DNA of 63,624 bases, the filler included, from Reticulomyxa filosa (lineage: Eukaryota; Protista; Foraminifera): the NCBI GenBank assembly GCA_000512085.1. It is 17 parts of 17 records of this genome, joined end to end, with 100 filler letters (N's around TTAATTAATTAA, not from the genome) between each part and the next. Parts side by side here need not be neighbours in the genome. Positions count along the whole stretch, not along the records: positions 21,684 to 26,951 come from ASPP01016813.1; positions 27,052 to 29,185 come from ASPP01022039.1; positions 29,286 to 35,600 come from ASPP01003774.1; positions 35,701 to 39,640 come from ASPP01022381.1; 13 more parts are not named here. The stretch is one strand, 5' to 3'. The notes below the pieces were generated by a model, which was not told where the DNA came from, did no database searches, and saw only the letters and a list, made by a program, of their open reading frames with translations. Position numbers and translations under genes: made by a program. This document shows positions 23,004-37,131 of the stretch, one piece after another. Position 1 is the first letter of the stretch; each line of letters starts with the position of its first letter.

Positions 23004-23470
23004 TGCACGACAGTTTTAAATAATCTTTTTTAACTCAACTTTGGTCAAGTCTTATTCAAAAACTGTCAATTCTGTGTGGAATTTTAGACCACAATTAACA
23101 AACAAAAATATATTGTATAAAATTTGATATAATGTGATTGTATGGTGTATTGCGTCTCTTTTTTTTCATTAAAACATGAATGGAATTAGATAGTATCAAC
23201 ATTTTTTCCTCCTTGTTTGATTATTCATTTAGATTAGCCTTCTTTATTAAAAGCATGCTTTCAATTCGTCAAAAAAAAAAAGAAAAATGTCAATATCTTG
23301 CAACTATACAATAAATTTGCATCAATTGATCTTTGTTCCAAAAAAAATTTGTTCAACTAAGTTTTAGTGTAAAGTACCAACAGGGAAGGCCGTGTTGTTT
23401 GACGTTGAACTTAAAACTTTTGTTTATTGTTTAAGTTCTTGTGTCATTTTCAGTTGTAATTTTTAAAAAA

Positions 23471-24348
23471 ATGAGAAAAGTGCTCACAATTGAAGTCGGC
23501 CAAGCAGACATACAGCAATAAAAAAATTTTATAAGACCACACAGTTGAAGCTACTGAAGCACACTGATTTGTTAATCCATGTCAAAGAGTAGGCAACAAA
23601 TAAATTTGCCCACTGTCACTATACAATCGGAAAACAAATAATCGATAAATTAAATGATATATTGGAAAACTCGTTGACAATTTTGACAACGTGATAGTCT
23701 TTGTAATTGGACACAGTGTATGCTGATGAACTATATAGTCCATTTACGAAATTTGCCAAACCAGATGTTGATAATTTGAACAAATTAATTTCGATTGTTA
23801 TCTCCGCCATGACAGCGTCTTTGCGATTTAGCGATGAGCTACATGTAGAGTTAAACAACTTTCAAACGAACTTGGTTCCTTTCCATCGTTTGTTTCATCA
23901 AAATAACTACTATTTCTTCCTTTTTGACTTGCCATTGCAATAATTGCAGATTGCACTTTATGACTACATGAATAACCCAATTATTCCGAAAGTTGTTTTA
24001 TCAACAGCGCCAAACGATGTCCAAAAAATCACTTATGATTGTTTTAAGCCAGCGAACTGATTTGTGAAATACACTAAATTTGATCCAGTTGAAGATAAAT
24101 ACATTGCCATCTCTTTGAATTACCTTGGCGACGTTGAACCAAAAGAAGCCATCGCAACAGTCCAACAAAGTCGCTTTAGTCGAATGATGCTTAACTTCAA
24201 GAGTGGCTTAAACGGAGTACCAGCAGTAACTTTGGAATCCGACGATATCAGCTTTCGGCAAATAATTGCCAATAACGCAGGCATTTCCATGTGTAAAGTG
24301 GATTTTTTCTGGAGCCACATGCTAAAAAGTGATCATTTTGATTTTTAA
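23471..24348 (+). pseudogene. Alpha-tubulin pseudogene, divergent (resembles retarian alpha-tubulin type 2)
   Basis: [57 protein letters not shown] (alpha signature), FDPVEDKYIAISLNY.GDV.PKEA.ATVQ and FKSGLN.VPA. Large deletions, stops and frameshifts. Confidence 0.85.
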
Positions 24349-25199
24349 TTTAATATTTATATATAATTAAAATTTTAAATTTTCGTAACTGTGAATTGAT
24401 CATTTGTATCTTCAATTGTCATTATTCTGCTATAATTTGATTTGTACTTTCTTGCAGCTTGAAGTGTAAATCCTTGCAATAATTCAAAGTTTCAAACTAT
24501 TATGCTATGAAAGTTTGCAGCGCTCCTCTTCTAATAGCGATTTTGTGTACATAATAATCTACAAATCCTCAGCTTAAATTTCATCTATACTTTGAAAACA
24601 TTAACAATCTTATTTAAATCCTTCTTACATTTAAATCTCTTGTACTTAGGATTATGTATACGGAAATAAAGATTTGAAACAAATTATTCCGTTTTGTGTT
24701 AGCAGCAATAGAATATGACAGTTCTTATCCCTCTGAAAGTGCAAGGAATAAAATGACTATGTTTTGTAAATTTTCCCTACATATAACAGAAATGTACAGC
24801 AGAAGAAAAAAATGTCACCTGATACGCCCTAAACGTTCAACTACCCATTATTGTTCTTATCGTCCGAGGCACTGCTCTTTGGAAAGTAAAGTCTAATCAA
24901 GTCAAATATTTGTAAAACTAATCTATTTCGATGCGATCTTCAAAAACATTGTCGTCGTTAAAAAGAAGAAGACTGCAAAGCCTTGCTAAACGGCATGGCA
25001 TTAGAGCAAATGACAAAGTTTTGTAAAAGAAAGAAATAAGTGTAATTTTTTGTAATCAAACTGAAAGACTGGAAACATTAGAAAGCCTTTAAACTACAAC
25101 AAACAACCAAAAAAAAATTTATAACAATGATAAAAAAAGGACAAAGATCAGAGCGTCATAAATGAATGAACATATTTGAAGATAACATAAATTTAATAT

Positions 25200-25612
25200 T
25201 GTAATGTGATGAGCCTAAGTGCTTATGATCGAGTGCTATGACGAAACATTCAACGTGTTTGACGGCCTCACTCAAAATCACATCTTTTATAACACCGAAT
25301 TTATCGTGTTCTTCAATAAGGTAGATATGTTTAATGTCAAAAATTGTTGCTATGCCGTTCACCACTTGCGTCCCTTCCTTCAATGTAGAGTTGATTCATG
25401 ATCGTAAAAAAGTCGTAGGTTGTGTGAGCATCAAGTTTGAAACAGAATACTGAAGCAATGCACCACAAACCAATCAACTCCATTTTTCGAATCAGCGGGA
25501 TATTTTCTTTCATGTTACATGTGCCACCGACACTAGGCGCATGTAACAGGTTATCAACGATGTCCAATTTGGTATTGTGCGAAGGCAGTTGAAAATGGCA
25601 CACTTGGCTTGA
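25200..25612 (+). pseudogene. Heterotrimeric G-protein alpha subunit pseudogene (C-terminal part)
   Basis: NTEFIVFFNKVDMF (NKxD, G4 box) and HVTCATDT (G5 box), followed by QVINDVQFGIVRRQL. Internal stops and frameshifts. Confidence 0.8.
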
Positions 25613-27051
25613 GGGCTGCGAATCAATCTCTTGTAATTGTGTCACATAATTCGTTTTTTTAAAAAAAAATTTTGGCAATACAAACTATTTTTTTTTTTAA
25701 GATTTGGTTGTACTTTCAAGTCTAACGTGTTATCGCTAAATTTCTAAGACAAATGCAACTTGTAGCTATATGCATTGCCATCGTTAGGTTGACAGTTCAA
25801 GTGAGGAAAGTGTAGCCTTGTTTATTGTTTTTGCATTTAAAATCAGCTCTGGTGTTGTTGTACTAATCTATTTCTTTGCTGTCTTTTCATTTTACAATGC
25901 TACCCTTGAAGAAAAGACACATTGGCCTCTGATTATGTCTTTTTCTTTAATCTAAAAAAAATGTAAATTATTATGATCATCAAGCTCCATCGCATTTATT
26001 AGCCAAGCATTGGCTCAATCTCAAGACAGTGTTTGAGTATATCAACAAATGCTACAAATAAGAAAACTGATTACAATGTGGTAGTGATAGGTGCAGATAT
26101 TGCGGTTCGTCAATGTCGTACAATTTTGCGCTTCAAGGCCTATCGATCTATTGTCTGGAACAAGAAGATCGCACCGGGTACCACTCCACATGATGAGCAT
26201 GTATATTTCAGGAAACTATGGAACATCAGCAGTACAAATCTTACCAATTGCATCGATGCAATCATGCAACTATTTTAACATCTAGTATCATGTTTTATTA
26301 TTATCTAGTAATGACACCACACATATACAAAAACAAACTCGTTTGTATTTTAAAGTAATATTTGTGTCATAGTTATTGATGTAAATGCATTTAACTGCTT
26401 TGTTTTTTTTTCCGTTCGGTCATCTACTCCCTTTTTTTTTGTGTATATCATCTTTCTCCCCCCTCAGCTTCTTCATGGCCGATGAATTACCAAAACAAAG
26501 AAAAGTTTTGTATTGGCAGTGGGTGCCCCAGAGTGCCAAGAGTCGCTGTTGCGTGGATTCAGTCCTCACCACATCGAGATCACAGACACTGAAGGGCAAG
26601 AAAGCGAAGTGGTCCTTGATTGAAATGGGACACACTTGCTGAAGCCAACTGTTGCAGTTTGAATAATAAATTTATCATCGTAAAATCCACTTGCATGTTT
26701 GTAGATTCAACTTCGCTTTTGTTCATCAGCAAACTAATTATATCCACCTGCGCTGTCTGTAACATGTGTTTAAACGCATTGTCAAAGATATCGTTGATTT
26801 GGCTTGCCTCTATTTTCAACTACCATACGTTAATGTTTGATTAATCAAATAAAGTTTTTTTGACACTGATGGCAAAATGGCATTGTCAACACTCACATAA
26901 ATTTCAAATGTTGGAACCGAAAGGGTTTGAATTCCGGGTTTTTAAAAACCCNNNNNNNNNNNNNNNNNNNNNNNNNNNNNNNNNNNNNNNNNNNNTTAAT
27001 TAATTAANNNNNNNNNNNNNNNNNNNNNNNNNNNNNNNNNNNNNNNNNNNN

Positions 27052-27851
27052 ATCAAAATGTTATTTGTTCTTCATCGCGTGACAGAACCATTCGTTTTTG
27101 GGATTTCAAACATAATAAACAATTACAAATATTCAATGGACACACTGATGGTGTTAATAGAATTGAATTTTCACCATTTAATGGTGGTAGATATTTGTGT
27201 TCAGGATCATATGACAAAACAGTTCATTTATGGGATATTGAAACATCAAAATCATTACATGTTTTCAATGGGCATGAAGATAGTGTTTGGTGTGTTGATA
27301 TTTCACCATTACAAATCAATGACAATAAAATGAATAATATTGGTGTAATTGGTGGAAATGGATATACAATTTGTTCTGGATCATATGATAAAACCATTCA
27401 AATATGGGATATTGAAACAACCAAACAACTCAATGTATTCAAAGGACATCAAAATTGTGTGAGGAGTGTAAAATATGGATCAAATGAATTAATAAATACA
27501 ATATTGTCTGGATCAAATGATAAAAGTGTTCGTTTGTGGGATATTCGATCCGGTCAACAAATTCAAGTGTTCAATGGACATACAATCAAGTATGGTCTGT
27601 TGAATATCCACCATTTATAATAAAGAATAATATTGGTAATTCATGTTATATGTTCTGGATCATGGGACAATACAATTCGATTTTGGGATATTCGATCAAA
27701 TAAGAATGAATTGTATATGATCAAAGGAGAAGAAGAAGATAATGGAATAACTAGTCTTAAATTTATTGTATTGAAAAAGAAAGAGAATATAAAGAATGAT
27801 TTGAATTTGTGTTATGGTTCAAATAATGGCCCAATTCGTATTTGGGGATAA
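27052..27851 (+). CDS. WD40-repeat protein, 3' part (one frameshift near 27590)
   Basis: CSGSYDKTVHLWDIET, GHEDSVWCVDISP, SGSNDKSVRLWDIRSG, ending LCYGSNNGPIRIWG*. Confidence 0.9.
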
Positions 27852-29063
27852 TTTGCTATTTTGTCGAATAAGAAATAAAAGTGTTTTTTTTGAAACGTTT
27901 GATTAAAAGAAAGTAAGGTGATATCAAACTTGTTTGAAAAGCATAATAAATAAGACTTGTGTCAAATAGCAAAAAGTTGCAAAGCATTTTAAGTATTGCG
28001 TTTTCTTCACTACTAATTTTTTAAATTATTTTTTGTATAGTATCAAGCACTCAAAATAGGACAAAATAAAAAGGACAGTAGTTTGCATTATCAAAAACAA
28101 CATTTTCTCTTTAAGCAGGATATGAATAATCAATAATTCAAAAGAATGCAATCAAATGAAAAAATCCTTTTAATCTCAGGAATACTTTATCTTAAGATAG
28201 CTCTCTCTAAGCTGTGATTGTATGCAAAGCGAATATACTCTTCATGAATTTTATTAATGAAAAGTTAAAATTTTTTCAAATCTTTTTTTAAAATGATATT
28301 TAGACATCATGTAAAATCTAAAAATATCTTTGGTTTTTAATAAAAGCATAGAAAGCCATGCAAAAATCGTTAATGTTTTTGTTCATTTTAGGATGGTCTT
28401 TTTTTTTTTGCGGGTTGATTGTAGATTTTTCTCTCCTTTAAAAGAAAAAAATTAAAATAATTCATGTACTTTTCAGCTCTAATGTGTAGTGCAATTTATT
28501 GAGACAGCTTGGTCACTATTTTATAATGTATATGCACTTGGGTCTTCTATCAAATAAAATTACTATTATTAAAGAAATTAAAAAGCAAGACCTTTTCCAA
28601 CAGAATTTAATAACATTTGAGCGGATATCCTTTTTAATTGTGCAATTTGATCCTTTGTTTTTGAGTATTTGTTTATGATCAATACTGTTATGAATAATGA
28701 AAAAAAGAATTGAAATACGAAATGTCAAAATATAATTGGAGAAAGAAAAAGATTTTCAATTTGCAATAAATACTAAAAAAGGGATAGAATTTTATCATAT
28801 GTTAATGCCAAACTTAAAAACTTTGTTATTATAAATTCTCTTTGCAACGATTTTTAAACAAATATCAATCCAAGCTTTGTGCATCAAATTTCTTTTACAA
28901 TAAAGTAATTAAATTATTTCAAGTTAATTGATCAAAACATTATAATTTATGTAATTTATGCAATCATATATCACATTTCGTTATTCTTGATTTTTTTAAA
29001 AAATCAATCACTTTTCATTTTACATCAAAGAAGGCCTTAAGAAAAAAAAGTTGAAAATGACAG

Positions 29064-29184
29064 ATACAGTAAAATGCAAAGTAAAGTTGACACCTAAAAC
29101 GGCACCTTATATAAATGATTGATTTTCTACACGAAAAGACAACATTCAGACCTAATTTTTTTAAAAAAATATCTACAAATCGTG
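29064..29184 (+). repeat. Dispersed non-coding element, homologous to 54383-54510
   Basis: Shared colinear blocks atacagta..aaagttgacac.taaaa.ggcac.ttat..gattgatttt..acaacatt..aaaaaatatc.acaaatcgtg. Confidence 0.75.
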
Positions 29185-29285
29185 TNNNNNNNNNNNNNNN
29201 NNNNNNNNNNNNNNNNNNNNNNNNNNNNNTTAATTAATTAANNNNNNNNNNNNNNNNNNNNNNNNNNNNNNNNNNNNNNNNNNNN

Positions 29286-29317
<32 letters not shown>

Positions 29318-29319
29318 AA

Positions 29320-29960
29320 CAACAAAAAAGCCACCTTCAGCTTGCTTTGACGTTTTTGGAGGTTCGATTTCAAGTTTTTCAGATGTGTTGCTGGGTATAT
29401 AAGGTGTCCTCGTTGTGGCTTTAGCGCTGCAGCTTTGTTGTGGTGATTCCTTCTTGCTGCGACTTAGCGGGGATGCTTTCAAACACGGTAACATGTGCAA
29501 TTGGAAAGATGCTTTTTGACGCAATCGCAATGAATGTGCTATCCACTCTGGAGTGACTAGTTGTTGTGGACGTTTATTGCCTCTATTCTTGTAATCTTCC
29601 AAAATTTGCTTTGCATCTGATTCGGACGTGAATTGGCTACACACAACCACGTCTGCCTCAGTGTAATTGCTTACGATTTGTCCATTGTGTTTTTCAATAC
29701 AATCCTTCAATATTGCAATCCGTTTCAGCGTTAAATCACTCCATTGACGATCATCGTAAAAATAAAACTGTAATTAAAGCAAGGGAAATTTTTTGGTGGC
29801 TTCTATTTCCAATTAACTTCTTTTTTATAAGGAAGGAAAAACGAACACTGTTTATCCTTACTTTTATTCCAGCAAAATAAGTTTGTTCGTTTTTTTGTGA
29901 CTCGCCTTTATGGTCACTATTTTGAAGAGACGTCATTTTCTTTTCATTGCTCTTGCTCAT
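29320..29960 (-). CDS. N-terminal BRCT-domain protein (possibly family X DNA polymerase lambda), 3' truncated
   Basis: YFAGIKV / LTLKRIAILKDCIEKHNGQIV...ADVVVC...LVTPEWIAHSLR fits a BRCT pattern, followed by a Ser/Pro-rich linker as in Pol lambda. No polymerase domain is visible. Confidence 0.55.
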
Positions 29961-31396
29961 GGTATTGTCAGTTTTTTTTTGCCTTATTTTATCTCCCTTT
30001 CAAAAACTCCAATAAAAAGTGTCGGAAGTGAAGTTGAGAAAAATGAAAAAGAATTAGAGACCATTGAGACGTAAACTAACAAAAAGTCTGCAATTTTGAA
30101 CAGTTATCAGCAAGACAACATTGCTCAACAGTAAGTGACGCGGGCCAAAAAAGAATAAAGAGAAAATGCCTGATCTCGACACAATGTTTGATTAGATATC
30201 CTTCTTTTTTCCACCTGGTTAAATTGGAAATATTGTGTGGTTTTTTTCCTTCATGTTCGAAAAGGATTAAATGAAATTGCAATAATTAAGTTTTTTAATG
30301 TGAATTCTGAAACAAGTCTATTCAATTGTGCTATCAATCAACATAAATTATTAATTGCTCAGACAATGCTCATTATCCAAGTTTTAATATTTAAGTTCTC
30401 ATTGTTGTAGGGCAAGCCCATATTACACATGTCTGAACTCTTATGGAACTGAGGATCTCCCTTGAATTTAAAACAATTGCTTAGCGCAGAAAAATAAATA
30501 AATCCAAGTCTATATGTTCAACTCCTTTTATCGGTCAAGCAAGAAACTTTGATGATGAACAAAGTAGTTCAGTTTAAGTGCAAAGAGTTTTGTTATTAGT
30601 ACTTATAGAAAAGATACATTTATTCTAAATTGAAATTGCTCATTAACTTATGAAATTCACTGTTTAAATTGATAAGTGGTCATATCCGAAAAGGAAATTT
30701 GAACAAATCAAAAGAGTCATTCATTATCATTGTACAAACTGAGGATAACATAAATATGCGTTTGAAATTCAATTTGTTTATAGCAAGTTTTGAGATTATA
30801 TAAATGCATTGCTTGTCTCATTTGTTATTTGTATGCACAACCCATTACAAAATTTTTTTTTTCTTTTTTTTAAAATAAAAAATTAAAAGTATCATACAGA
30901 CGACGATGGAAATGAGTTGAATTTGTCTATAATATCGTTTTTTTCTAATCATTCACAAATAATTTCATTCACAAAACGAATAACTACAATGAAATTAGCC
31001 GAACAACAAAGACAAAGGTGTGTTTATAAAAAATATTTTGCAAACGATTTAATATATAAGTGAAAACTTTTTAATGGTAAAAACGGCATACAACATACGA
31101 ATAATAAATAGAAACGCCAAAATCAAAGATCACTACTGGCAGTCACGTGAAGATGTTACAAACTGAATATATAATCAATATATTCTTTGACGAAGTGCAT
31201 TTATTTTGTTTTTATTATAAAAAAAAGTAGCTTTGTTATACAAATATATTTGTTTGTGGATTTGAAGTATATCGATTATTGTAACAATAAAAGATATTTC
31301 ATATTTCAAGTGTAAAGATGATCATGGTATTTTTTTCGGAGTGAAATTATCAGTTTTTTTTTAAGTATACTTTTTTATTTAAAAAAAATGTAACTA

Positions 31397-31680
31397 GCAC
31401 GAGCATGAACACAACAAGAACACATGCAATGACATGAACAAATACACAATATGAACACAAACACGAACAGTTATCAAACAAGTATACTAACACTGACTTG
31501 AACACACAAATATGATAAGGGCATGAACAAATACACGTATACGCACATAAACGAAGACATTAGCCGAACATGGACAAAAATACAAACACGTGGTACGAGC
31601 ATGAACACATGAACATGTCACAAGCATAAGCATGAACAGATACATAAACACATATACGGACGCAGATACGAATATGATCA
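31397..31680. repeat. Degenerate hexamer-periodic repeat (ACATGA/ACACGA/ACATAA-like)
   Basis: gcatgaacac, acatgaaca and acacgaaca recur with 6-bp spacing. Confidence 0.6.
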
Positions 31681-34600
31681 AGGACAGGGGAAAAGACTTG
31701 ACGTAATAAGTATTTTTTTTCACTTACAAGAATGGCAAAGCGCTAACGTTTGTAAAAAATAAAAATTTTGCAGAATTATATTACTTTAAAAAAAAAGGAT
31801 ATATAATTACTTTGATAAAAAAGACATCAAACTTAACTAATAAGCGATCATTCACAATCATTTGTGCATTGAATCAAAATTGTAATGTAAAAATTTTAAT
31901 GAAATACATTTGTCGCCTTTGCATATGTCGTCTATGGTGAAATGTTTTGGTGAAGTACTTTTGTAAATTTTTATTTTTCAACACTTTTTTTAAAAAGAAT
32001 TTTTTAACAATACATTTTCCAAACTTTTTTCAAAAAAATTTTTATACTTTTTTAAAAAATAGGTATTTCAAGTTGGTTTTGATAAATTTTTTGAGTTCTT
32101 TCGCAATTAATGAAATAACATTTTACAATTTTTTGGACAAGAGCGACTACTGACTGTTTCTTATCAAACTGAGTAACAAAAAAAATTTGCAGTTAAAAAT
32201 TTATTTATTGTAGTTAGCTTGTTTTAATTGAGTAAATTTATTGCTTATTTGTAATGATTTTTTTGATTGTATACAAATACAAAAAAAAAATCAAATCAAT
32301 GTGAATATGAAATGTTAATTTTGTGTTGCAGCATATTTGATCATTTTTATCAATGCAGCACAATTGCATCTAGCATTATTCGTCGACGCCACATGTTTTA
32401 CTTTATTCTTAAATTACTTTATTTGATTGTCCTTTTCATTGGAATTTCACTAAGTGCATGTGTCAGTGATCCACAATATGATTTTAATTATTGTATTTTT
32501 TGTAGCAAATTTAAGATATATGTTTCAGTAGTTACAGTTTCTTCATTTTAATGAATCATATTCGTTTTGATTTTTCTATTCATCATTAATTTTTCTTCTT
32601 CTTTATTTTTCTCATAAGAATCTTCAAGATCATTGAGACTAATTTCATGTAAATCGAATAGTTATTCTGTCAACGAACGTTGCATTTCATTCAATGAATT
32701 GCAAACTTGTTTGGATAATACATTAGCACGATCTATTGCTGATTCCACAAATCGAAAAAGTACTTGAAGATGGCAATGTAAGATCTCATTTTGCATAGAT
32801 TGTTTATCTTTATATTTAATTAGAATAATTTGTTTTCAATAATGTTTCTACAGCTTTATTATCTTGCAATTGTCTCACGAACACATAATAGGTCTATTAC
32901 TAGTCTGCGATACTTTACGATAATTAGCTAAATTTTTCTTCAATGATTCAAAATCTTTACTACATATCACTTAAATATATTTCTTTGACAATCAAATTGA
33001 GTTGTTGCATTGGATGCTGATAAAGTGGAAGTTTATAATATTCGAATTTGCAATATGCATTTGTTTGCTTGACCATTTACATTCATTTGATTTGAAAGGA
33101 TTGAAAACAACATATCTATTACTATATAGATGTACAAAACCTTTGAATGTCATATAATAAATCAATCGAAGATTTTCAGATTTTTGCCACTTGTATCAAA
33201 TTGAAATTATAAAGTTTGTGATAATTAAATACCACGAAATCTACATTATGTATTGCATATTATGTATTTTTTTGTTTTCACTTGTCGACATACAAAAAAG
33301 GAAGCAATATTTGAGTTCTTTATTACTTAACAACAGAAAATCGAAGCGATCAAAAATGACAGTATTGTGTTGTAAATTTCATAATTCTGTATGTTATGTC
33401 GTTATAATCGGTCTTCAGTTGCAATGTTTTTCAAAAGCGCAACATGAGTAATTAAATGTTAAAATTTACTCATTATGTGTTGCATAAATATAAAATATCA
33501 TAATTATAACAGAAATTGTATTCTTATCATACAATCCAAAAACGAACAAATTAGTATATGTAAATAAATCAAAACCGCCAGTATATGTGTAAAATATAGA
33601 CTAAATAAATAAATTACAAAAAAAGATATTCTTATAAAACAGCAAAATTCATTCAAATGTATGCATTCATATGCATGTCCAAAATACGCACATTTACTTC
33701 TTCAACAAAGAAGGTGTGAGAGCTACCTCTTTAAAAATCACATTGCAGTCCGATGTTTATACGTCGGCACTTTGATTACCAAAAAATATTTTAAATCAGA
33801 AATCGTTTTAATAAATAGTAATATTTCGACTTTTTTACTGTCTTACTTCGAGATTAAAAAAATTGTTAAAAAGCGCAATATAAATCCATTATAGTTCGGT
33901 AAACACTGTTTTTTAAAGTTGTTTATGAGCCTTTTATGTTTTAGATGTCAACTTTCTGTAAACGACCGTACAAAAAAGTGTGGAACATTTGTGCAGTTGT
34001 TGTGTAACAGGAAAAATTGCAATAATATTCTTGAAGTTTATGTTTTTCATATGATTTTTTTTAAACTATTTTTTGGTGAAGTATTGTTCAAAAAAAGCTA
34101 TCAAATACTCTTTTCAACTTTCATCAAATTGTCGATTAAATTTGCATTCACGACAAAAAGTACAAAACAGGTCGCAACGTCTTCGGCATAAATAAAAAAC
34201 AATCGCTTGATCATATAGTTTAACTTTAATTTTGTTAAAAAATAAAAGAACTTAGTTCTAGAAAAGTGTGTTTTTGGTTTATCTTTTGAAATATCAACTC
34301 TATCGAATAAAAGTTTATTCACATATTGACAGATTTGTCAAAATGAGGACGAAGAGCAATATCTCTTAATGTGTTTATAAATATCTATTTTTCATAAAAA
34401 AACAAACATATATTTTTTTATATAACAATTTATACAGATCCTTGAAAACACTTTTCTTTTAATAGATTTTTGTGAGAAAATAAAATTCAGGATCCAAGTG
34501 ATCTATTTTTGTCGAGTACTTAAAATTAATTTTCTATATAAATATTGAATTTGTATTATAATTGGATAAAAGCGAAATTTAGAATAAATAAAGTTACAAA

Positions 34601-37131
34601 TATAAAAAATATTATAAAAACAAAAGAGAATGATATTGCAAAAAACAATAAATTAGACTACTTTAAAAAAAAATACAAGCACATTATATTTTCGATCTTA
34701 ATATATCGCGAAAAAGCACATAAATCATTTGACAAAAAATAATTTTTTTTTTGACTGTAGATTTCGCTTTGTCCTTGATTTATCTTTTGTATTTAGGATT
34801 GATTTGGAATTTGTATTAGTAAATCACTTAAAACAACAATTGGTGAGCTGTTTTGATTAATTTGCATTTTATATTCATTATCGTTTTGACATAATTGATC
34901 AAATTATATAATAAATATATCGAAGGCATATTTTCAATGAGTAATGATTTTTTACAGAACAGCTATTCAAAAGCAATCGATTATTTTATTTATTCAATAA
35001 AAAAGAAATATATTATATTTATATAATTCAAAAACTGGATTAAAATCAAATCCTACAGCAACAGTAGTTGAATATGTTTCAAAAAACGCAATATTTTTTG
35101 AAAAGATAGTGTTAAAAAACACAAAAACTTTGAAGACTTTGAATTAAAAAATTTTCTATTTTTTAAAAAAACACTATAGAAACTTTTCCTTTTTTTCAAA
35201 TCTTTAAAACACATACTGAAAATTAATATTTTGATAAAAATATTAACACTTTTATGAAATTTAAATATTTAACAAAAATTCAAATTTTTAAATAATATTT
35301 TTTTCTCTTTAGTTTTTTAGTCTATCTCATTTAGTGTATCATTATATATGTCATGTCGTCAAGCAAGCGTGCCATTATAAAGACTTTAAAAATCATGACT
35401 TAACATGTCAAATGGAAAATAATAAGTCTGGAGAAACAGCGTCTTATATATGTTAATCTTGTTGGATCACATGACATGTATAAGGAGGCTCAAAAGGGAG
35501 GTACTGGTTAACTAATAAGAGTTTATGAGTCATTCATTTTTGACGTTGCCCAAAAAAATTACGAAATATATAGGGAGACAGTGTTTTTGGAGGACTCCTT
35601 NNNNNNNNNNNNNNNNNNNNNNNNNNNNNNNNNNNNNNNNNNNNTTAATTAATTAANNNNNNNNNNNNNNNNNNNNNNNNNNNNNNNNNNNNNNNNNNNN
35701 TATCCGATCTGCATCATCTCAACCACAGCAACGGCAGTAGCATCAGCAAGAGCCATTAAGATTTGAACAGCCCATGCAAGAATTTGGGCAGAATGAAAAT
35801 AAAATGGAAACGGTGACGATCTCGTTGCCACAATGGAAATTGCGACGACTTCGACATTGGTTCTTTTTGCAAAGTATTGAACTCCGACAAAGGAGACACC
35901 AAAAGTCGATGTATCAAATTGATCAATCGAAATTCTTGGCAGCATCATTGAGTTTTCCCCTTTCCTGTTCCAGACATAATACATATCTTATTGTGTCCAT
36001 CGCTTGAAAAAGTTTAATTTTTTTTTTTTTTTTTTATAATCAACAACATACATAAAAGAACATAAGATATATACGTATATTGTATATGTATATGTCACTT
36101 AAAATATTTGAATAGATATCGAAAGTATGCAAATTGATAGAAGTGTACATACCGTGATGAAAGCAACAATTTGTTGAAGTGCACGATATAATGTTATTTC
36201 TGGTCTGGGATGCACTTGGAGGCAGATGGACACGTAATGTTGTTCTATTGCCATTTATGCTGCAGCGAATTCCCAGAAATAATGGAAATATCAACAATAA
36301 CAACAGTAGTGTCGGTGCAAGAAAGCAAAAAAAGTGGCAACACCGAATCAAATTATTGATGAAATCAACCCAAGCACACACTACTATCATTTTTTCCATG
36401 AGATATTTACTATTTTTTCCAATGGTGAATAAATCAACATTATTTGATGGCATATATCGAGTGGAGAATCGATATTACAATTTTATTTTTGGATGCGTAT
36501 ACTTTTTTAAATGAAGTATAAGTATCCATAACGTATTGAAAGGAAAACCAAAGTAAATCAAGTAAGTTTCTATTTGTATATGATATTTTATAAAACAATG
36601 TCAATCCAAGTGATGTCTTTTTTTTTAATATGTATACACATGTAATATAGATGTTCAACTTTCTCATTTGACCAACGGACGATTTGAAGTGCCTGCAGTG
36701 TCGGTGGGTAAAGTGCAAATGAAGTTCAAAGATTGGCAACATATTCAAGAAATGTTTTGCTGTTTGTTTTTTTTTTTGCAAGTGTGGTTGAATTGAGAAG
36801 GTTATTTGGTGTTGTTTTTTTTTTAATTTTGAATTTCTCTTGTTTGAAAAAAAGGGGACAACAAAGCACAATCGTTAGCATATAATCTAATCAATATCTA
36901 CAAAAATTGTGATAATTTTGTATCTTTTTTGCTGAAACAAAAAGTGGTTAACAAACTCTGAATGAAATATCTTTTTAAGAATATGAAATTATTTTGAACT
37001 TATTGATTTTGAAAAAAAAATGATCGATAGCTGAATGTCTTAAGCTCAAATGAATAAAAAAAATAAATTGGGAAAATGAATTTAAGCAAAGATAAAACGA
37101 GTTATGAGATAAAAAGAAAAGAATGAGTTAT

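Noticed and set aside
26936-26951. 16-bp palindrome GGGTTTTTAAAAACCC
   Set aside because: It sits at the extreme contig end, has low complexity and has no partner terminus.
30300-33100. Coding-like fragments on + (30300-31100) and - (32300-33000)
   Set aside because: Probably relics of a lineage-specific family, but too degenerate to assign or delimit.
35701-36514. Possible 3' exons of a membrane protein
   Set aside because: No consistent frame or recognisable motif.
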